This document shows positions 59,454 through 64,000 of a DNA stretch of 64,000 bases, piece by piece. How positions within the stretch are numbered: the stretch's first letter is position 1; every line of letters starts with the position of its first letter. The position numbers and the translations under genes are program-made. The notes beneath the pieces are model-generated. The model made no database searches and was not told where the DNA came from. It worked only from the letters and a program-made list of their open reading frames with translations. Origin of the DNA: Spirochaetota bacterium (lineage in GTDB: Bacteria; Spirochaetota; UBA4802; JAFGDQ01); assembly GCA_043803405.1 (NCBI GenBank), contig JAZDKB010000019.1, positions 160,001 through 224,000 on the forward strand, given 5' to 3'.

Positions 59454-60731
59454 ATGAAATTCATAGTAAAGCCATCAAGAATATCAGGAGAAGTAAATGT
59501 TCCTGGCTCTAAATCCCATACTATCAGGGCTTTAGTTCTGGCTTTGCTTGCAGACGGCGAATCCGTCATAAGGGAGCCGCTTGAGTCCGCAGATACGCAC
59601 TCGTGCTTCAACATGGTAAAGAAGTTCGGCGCCGAAATTTATACGGAGAAAAATGTGTGGCGGGTTAAAGGCAGGGCAGGGGAGATTGCTGTTCCTGATG
59701 ATATTGTAGACGTGGGAAACTCCGGCACTTCGCTGTACATAGGGCTTGGGATTGCTTCTCTTGCTGACGGCTACACTGTGTTCACAGGAGACAGCCAGAT
59801 AAGGAACAGGCCTGTGAATGCTCTTTTAACATCCATACCGGAACTTGGCGGCATGGCTTGTTCCACCAGGAACAACAACAAACCGCCTGTAGTTGTAAAG
59901 GGCAGGATTAAAGGCGGCAAAACAAGCGTGGAAGCAGTAACATCACAGTATCTTTCATCTCTTCTTATAGCATGCCCGCTCGCTTCCGGCAATACAACTA
60001 TCCATGTGCCGTTATTGAATGAAGTGCCATATATTGATATGACATTAAAATGGATGGATAAACTCGGTATTAAATATCATAATAATAATTACAGGACATT
60101 CGAAATAAAAGGAAACCAGAAATATAATAATTTTGACGAACATATCCCAGCCGATTTTTCCTCTGCCGCTTTTTTTCTTGTAGCAGCAGCGATTACAGGC
60201 ACTGAACTTACATTGCATGGTCTTGACTTTAACGATACGCAGGGCGACAAGGAGGTAGTTAATATTTTAAAATCAATGGGAGCAGAAACGGAAATTGGTA
60301 AAAGCAGCATAACAATAAAAGGAAATATGCTTAAAGGCGGAACATTCGATCTGAATGCGATCCCAGATTCTCTTCCTTCGCTTGCTGTGGCAGGCTGCTT
60401 TGCACAAGGCGAGACAAGGCTGGTTAATGTGGCACAGGCAAGAGTGAAAGAAACAGACAGGATAAAGGTGATGTGCAGTGAACTAAAAAAAATGGGAGCC
60501 GATATCGAAGAGCTGCCCGACGGGCTAGTTATCAAAAAAAGCTCGCTGAAAGGAGCGCAGGTGAACGGCCACAATGATCACAGGGTGGTAATGTCCCTTG
60601 CTGTTGCGGGACTCATGGCGGACGGCCAGACTGAAATAGATACTGCCGAATCTGCTGCTGTAACTTTTCCAGAATTTTTTTATTTAATGAAATCCGCAGG
60701 TGCTGACATTAAAATGATTGGGGACGAGTAG
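59454..60731 (+). CDS. aroA: 3-phosphoshikimate 1-carboxyvinyltransferase
   Basis: PGSKS, GNSGT, SQY.S, R.KETDR, DHR. Confidence 0.97.
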   Translation: MKFIVKPSRISGEVNVPGSKSHTIRALVLALLADGESVIREPLESADTHSCFNMVKKFGAEIYTEKNVWRVKGRAGEIAVPDDIVDVGNSGTSLYIGLGIASLADGYTVFTGDSQIRNRPVNALLTSIPELGGMACSTRNNNKPPVVVKGRIKGGKTSVEAVTSQYLSSLLIACPLASGNTTIHVPLLNEVPYIDMTLKWMDKLGIKYHNNNYRTFEIKGNQKYNNFDEHIPADFSSAAFFLVAAAITGTELTLHGLDFNDTQGDKEVVNILKSMGAETEIGKSSITIKGNMLKGGTFDLNAIPDSLPSLAVAGCFAQGETRLVNVAQARVKETDRIKVMCSELKKMGADIEELPDGLVIKKSSLKGAQVNGHNDHRVVMSLAVAGLMADGQTEIDTAESAAVTFPEFFYLMKSAGADIKMIGDE

Positions 60732-60836
60732 AAGTACATCTAAGAGCGCATCTCAAACCTATATTCAGTTATTTTTTTTATCGGGGCAGGGATGTTTCAT
60801 GCTGATTATTTTAGTTGTAACACGGGTATGCTCCCA

Positions 60837-61025
60837 GCCCCCTAACCCCCTAAAGGGGGCATAATTGGAAAGGTGTTGAATTGACAATATTTATTTTTAG
60901 CGGTTAAAAGGTTTGAAGCAACGAATAAAGAGTAAAATATCAGATAATATAATACATCTGATTAAAGATATAAGATATAATATGAATATTTTCCCGAATG
61001 TGCCCCCTCCAGGGGGTTAGGGGGC
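60837..61025. mobile_element. 189-bp MITE/REPIN-like element, copy 2
   Basis: 10 substitutions versus 33057-33245 by manual alignment, no indels. Confidence 0.8.
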
Positions 61026-61151
61026 TGAAAGAGCAATGGCAATGTAATATAAGTTCGATCGCCGAATGCAAATAAAATAGATGAACAGCCGGTACAGATA
61101 AACAATATAACTCTGCTGCGCCAATTTAACTTTAGATTCAACTTTATTTTA

Positions 61152-62261
61152 ATGCAAAACAATATAATAAAAAAAAAGCGTCTGCGGGTTTTATTAATAA
61201 GATTCAGCTCCATAGGTGACATCATACTTACAACTCCGGTCATAAGAGCTTTAAAAGAAAGTTATCCGGATTTGATACTGGATTATCTGACATTAAAAGA
61301 ATATGCCATACTGCTTAAAGACAATCCTTATATAGATAATCTTATCACAACTGACAGAAAGGGAACAGCAGGCGCTGTTAAAACAGCCTTGCAATTGAGG
61401 GGAAATAATTACGATTTTATTTTCGATCTGCACAGGAGTACAAGGAGCCTTATCTTCAGGGCAATTTTAAAAGCAGATTATAAATATAAATTTAAAAAGA
61501 ATTATATTAAACGATTCCTTCTGACAGCTTTTAAGCTGCGCTTTTACAGAAAGCCCTATTCAGTAGTGAACAGATATTTTAATACTCTTAAGAGATTGAA
61601 TCTCCCGAACGAACATAAAAGTGAAATATGGTTAAACACTGACGACGTCAAAAAAGCAATTCTAAAAATAAATAAAATTGCCGGTACAAAATTTTCCTTT
61701 ATTGCCGCAGCAGGCGGGGCAGCTCCGGTCAGCAGGAAACTTTTTCGCGAAAAAGAACGCAGAATGATTTCCATCATGCCGTTCGCGAAATGGAAAACAA
61801 AGGAATGGGGGGATGATAAGTTTATAGGGCTTGGGCTAAGATTAAAGAAAGCCGGGGTCATTCTATGCATTCTCGGCGGAACCGAAGATGCGGAAAGGGC
61901 GGACAAAATTGCACACGCGATCGGGAAGGGCGCGCTGTCCCTTGCGGGCAAACTCACGCTCGCTGAAACTGCAACAGCACTCGCTGTATCAGATTGCCTT
62001 GTAACTAACGACACAGGCGTTATGCATATAGGCGGTGCTGTTTCCATTCCTGTTGTTGCAGTGTTCGGTTCTACAGCAGAAGAGCTTGGTTTCTTTCCAT
62101 ATAAGTCCGAAGGCGAAGTTGTGCAAATCGATCTGAAATGCCGGCCATGTACGGCCAAAGGTTTGCCCGCATGTCCAAAAAAGCATTTTAAATGCATGAA
62201 TGATATTTCTGTCGATATGGTTTACTCAACTGTGAGAAAATGTATAGGGACGTTGCTATAA
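61152..62261 (+). CDS. GT9 family LPS heptosyltransferase
   Basis: SSIGDIIL, TNDTGVMH, FGST, CRPC. Confidence 0.9.
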   Translation: MQNNIIKKKRLRVLLIRFSSIGDIILTTPVIRALKESYPDLILDYLTLKEYAILLKDNPYIDNLITTDRKGTAGAVKTALQLRGNNYDFIFDLHRSTRSLIFRAILKADYKYKFKKNYIKRFLLTAFKLRFYRKPYSVVNRYFNTLKRLNLPNEHKSEIWLNTDDVKKAILKINKIAGTKFSFIAAAGGAAPVSRKLFREKERRMISIMPFAKWKTKEWGDDKFIGLGLRLKKAGVILCILGGTEDAERADKIAHAIGKGALSLAGKLTLAETATALAVSDCLVTNDTGVMHIGGAVSIPVVAVFGSTAEELGFFPYKSEGEVVQIDLKCRPCTAKGLPACPKKHFKCMNDISVDMVYSTVRKCIGTLL

Positions 62262-62364
62262 AACAAAGGGATAATCTTTCAAATCAAAGGGAAAATGCTG
62301 CTAAAACAAACAAAAATGAATAATAATAATAAATTATGTATTTTTTTGATCGCGGAGACAAATA

Positions 62365-63639
62365 ATGCTTTATGAATCTGTAATATTTATTGGATCAGTT
62401 ATTGCGAGATTTATAGCTTTATTCGATAAAAAAATGGCCAGGTTTTTTTCGTTAAGGGAGAAAGAAACCGAAAGAATAGCGGATTATTTCAGCAGTTATC
62501 AAAATCAAAAAAATAAAGTAATATGGTTCCATGCTTCGTCTGCAGGCGAACTGGAGCAGGCAAAGCCGCTGATCGAACATTTTAAACGCACAATTAAGAA
62601 AGCACAGATTATCGCAAGTTTCTTTTCCCCTTCCGGATATGATGCAGGGCTTAAATATAAACAGATTGATTTTTGTTTTAATCTGCCATTGGACTATACG
62701 AAAAATGCTGAAGCTTTACTGAACTGCATAAATCCGGAAATCATTATATTTTCCAAATACGATGTCTGGACAAACCTGACTGTGGAAGCCAGGAGGCGCA
62801 ATGTGAAGCTCGCGTTGATAAGCGCCACTTTGCCGGAAAAATCGCTAAGGCATAAGTTCCCGTTGAGTAGTTTTTTCAGTAAAGCCTACAGCGCTTTAGA
62901 CAGAATATACGCTATATCCAAAGCAGACGCAGACAGGTTTTCAAAGATTGCTAAAAATAAACATAGCATTAAAATATCAGGGGATACCAGGTTCGACAGG
63001 ATAAAGACCGTAATTGATAATGCGCAGGTAAATACAAAAAGCATAATAAAAAAACAGAAAGATATTGATTACCTGGTGGCAGGCAGTACTTACGAAGTAT
63101 GCGAGAAAAAACTGATCGGCGTTTTAAAACAGTTAAACGAGAATTATAAAAATATCAGATTAATCCTTGTGCCGCACGAGATCGATGCCGGAAATATCCT
63201 GAGACTGAATAAACTGGTCAGCTCCTATGGCTATAATCCGGTAATGTATAGCAAAGCTGTTCATCCGGTGTTACTTAATGACAACGATGTTTTAATTATT
63301 GACGCTTTCGGAGTACTGGCTTTTCTTTACAGGGAGGCGGATATTGTATTTGTAGGCGGTTCGTATAAAGGCAGCGTCCACAGCGTTCTTGAGCCTGCTA
63401 TATTCGGAAAAACAATTTTAACCGGGCCTTACATACAAAACTCCTATGAAGCTTTGGAGTTGAACCTGGCCGGCGGGCTTCTGGTATGTAAAGATCAGGA
63501 TGAATTATTTAAGCAGACATCTGATTTAATTCGTGATAAAAGTTACAGGAATAAAATAGCGCAAAAAGCAAAAATATTTTTTGAAAAAAATACTGGTGCA
63601 ACTAATATTATACTAAAGGATATCAGAAAATTATTATAA
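62365..63639 (+). CDS. waaA: Kdo transferase
   Basis: WFHASSAGE, GDTRFD, AGST, VPH, FVGGS, LEPA. Confidence 0.92.
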   Translation: MLYESVIFIGSVIARFIALFDKKMARFFSLREKETERIADYFSSYQNQKNKVIWFHASSAGELEQAKPLIEHFKRTIKKAQIIASFFSPSGYDAGLKYKQIDFCFNLPLDYTKNAEALLNCINPEIIIFSKYDVWTNLTVEARRRNVKLALISATLPEKSLRHKFPLSSFFSKAYSALDRIYAISKADADRFSKIAKNKHSIKISGDTRFDRIKTVIDNAQVNTKSIIKKQKDIDYLVAGSTYEVCEKKLIGVLKQLNENYKNIRLILVPHEIDAGNILRLNKLVSSYGYNPVMYSKAVHPVLLNDNDVLIIDAFGVLAFLYREADIVFVGGSYKGSVHSVLEPAIFGKTILTGPYIQNSYEALELNLAGGLLVCKDQDELFKQTSDLIRDKSYRNKIAQKAKIFFEKNTGATNIILKDIRKLL

Positions 63640-63716
63640 ATTAGCACTCATCTTAAAATTACAAATATAAATAGCTGAGTTGTAATAATATATTAAAATC
63701 TATGGGGAAATCGGTA

Positions 63717-64000
63717 ATGCCTCAATTTTTTATAAAATCATCAAATCTTATTGAAAATAAATGTTTAATAGAAGGCGAGGACTTCCGCCATTTGCGCAAA
63801 GTCAGAAGAGTGAAGCCGGGAGATTTGATAGATCTAAGAATCGACAACGGCCTGATTTGCAAAGGCAAAATTTGCACGGTTAATGCCGACTCTTTAACAG
63901 TTGAGATTTTGGAAACTAAAGAAGGCAACAGTGCCGGGCCTGATTTAAATTTAATACTTTATGCAAGTATATTAAAAGGCAAGGCTTTCGATTTTGCATT
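63717..64000 (+). CDS. rsmE: 16S rRNA m3U1498 methyltransferase (partial, runs off window end)
   Basis: Manual translation MPQFF..EDFRHLRKVRRVKPGD..LKG. Confidence 0.8.
   Translation, partial: MPQFFIKSSNLIENKCLIEGEDFRHLRKVRRVKPGDLIDLRIDNGLICKGKICTVNADSLTVEILETKEGNSAGPDLNLILYASILKGKAFDFA

Noticed and set aside
63641..63670. CIRCE element upstream of rsmE
   Set aside because: Only the left half TTAGCACTC is present; no GAGTGCTAA at 9-nt spacing
1..64000. CRISPR array or cas genes
   Set aside because: No regularly spaced direct repeats with unique spacers and no cas-like ORF seen

Overview
Bacterial chromosomal window, AT-rich with GC-richer patches. The gene mix suggests a Gram-negative, Leptospirae-like member of Spirochaetota (inference from CheX, a DUF1577-like PilZ/GAF protein, an adenylate cyclase-FecR-OM barrel operon and waaA/GT9 LPS genes). 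The housekeeping backbone is tilS-ftsH, recG, serS, tRNA-Arg(TCG), panB, a liv-type ABC transporter, aroA, a GT9 heptosyltransferase, waaA and rsmE. Accessory highlights: (1) a compact RiPP cluster at 45578-50699 (nitrile-hydratase-leader precursor with a very short core, radical SAM/SPASM enzyme, fused E1-YcaO cyclodehydratase, SagB dehydrogenase) with no protease or C39 exporter; (2) an integrase-less integron-like remnant (attI-like site, Phd/RelE cassette, attC-like site, Na/Ca antiporter); (3) a 115-bp palindrome after ftsH carrying two CsrA-type GGA hairpins; (4) a receptor-fused, CheW-less CheA-like kinase with CheX and CheY; (5) an adenylate cyclase with a possible dead-phosphatase N-terminus; (6) several REP/MITE-like repeat families. 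No CRISPR array, rRNA, transposase or integrase was seen. All calls come from reading motifs by eye; no searches were run.
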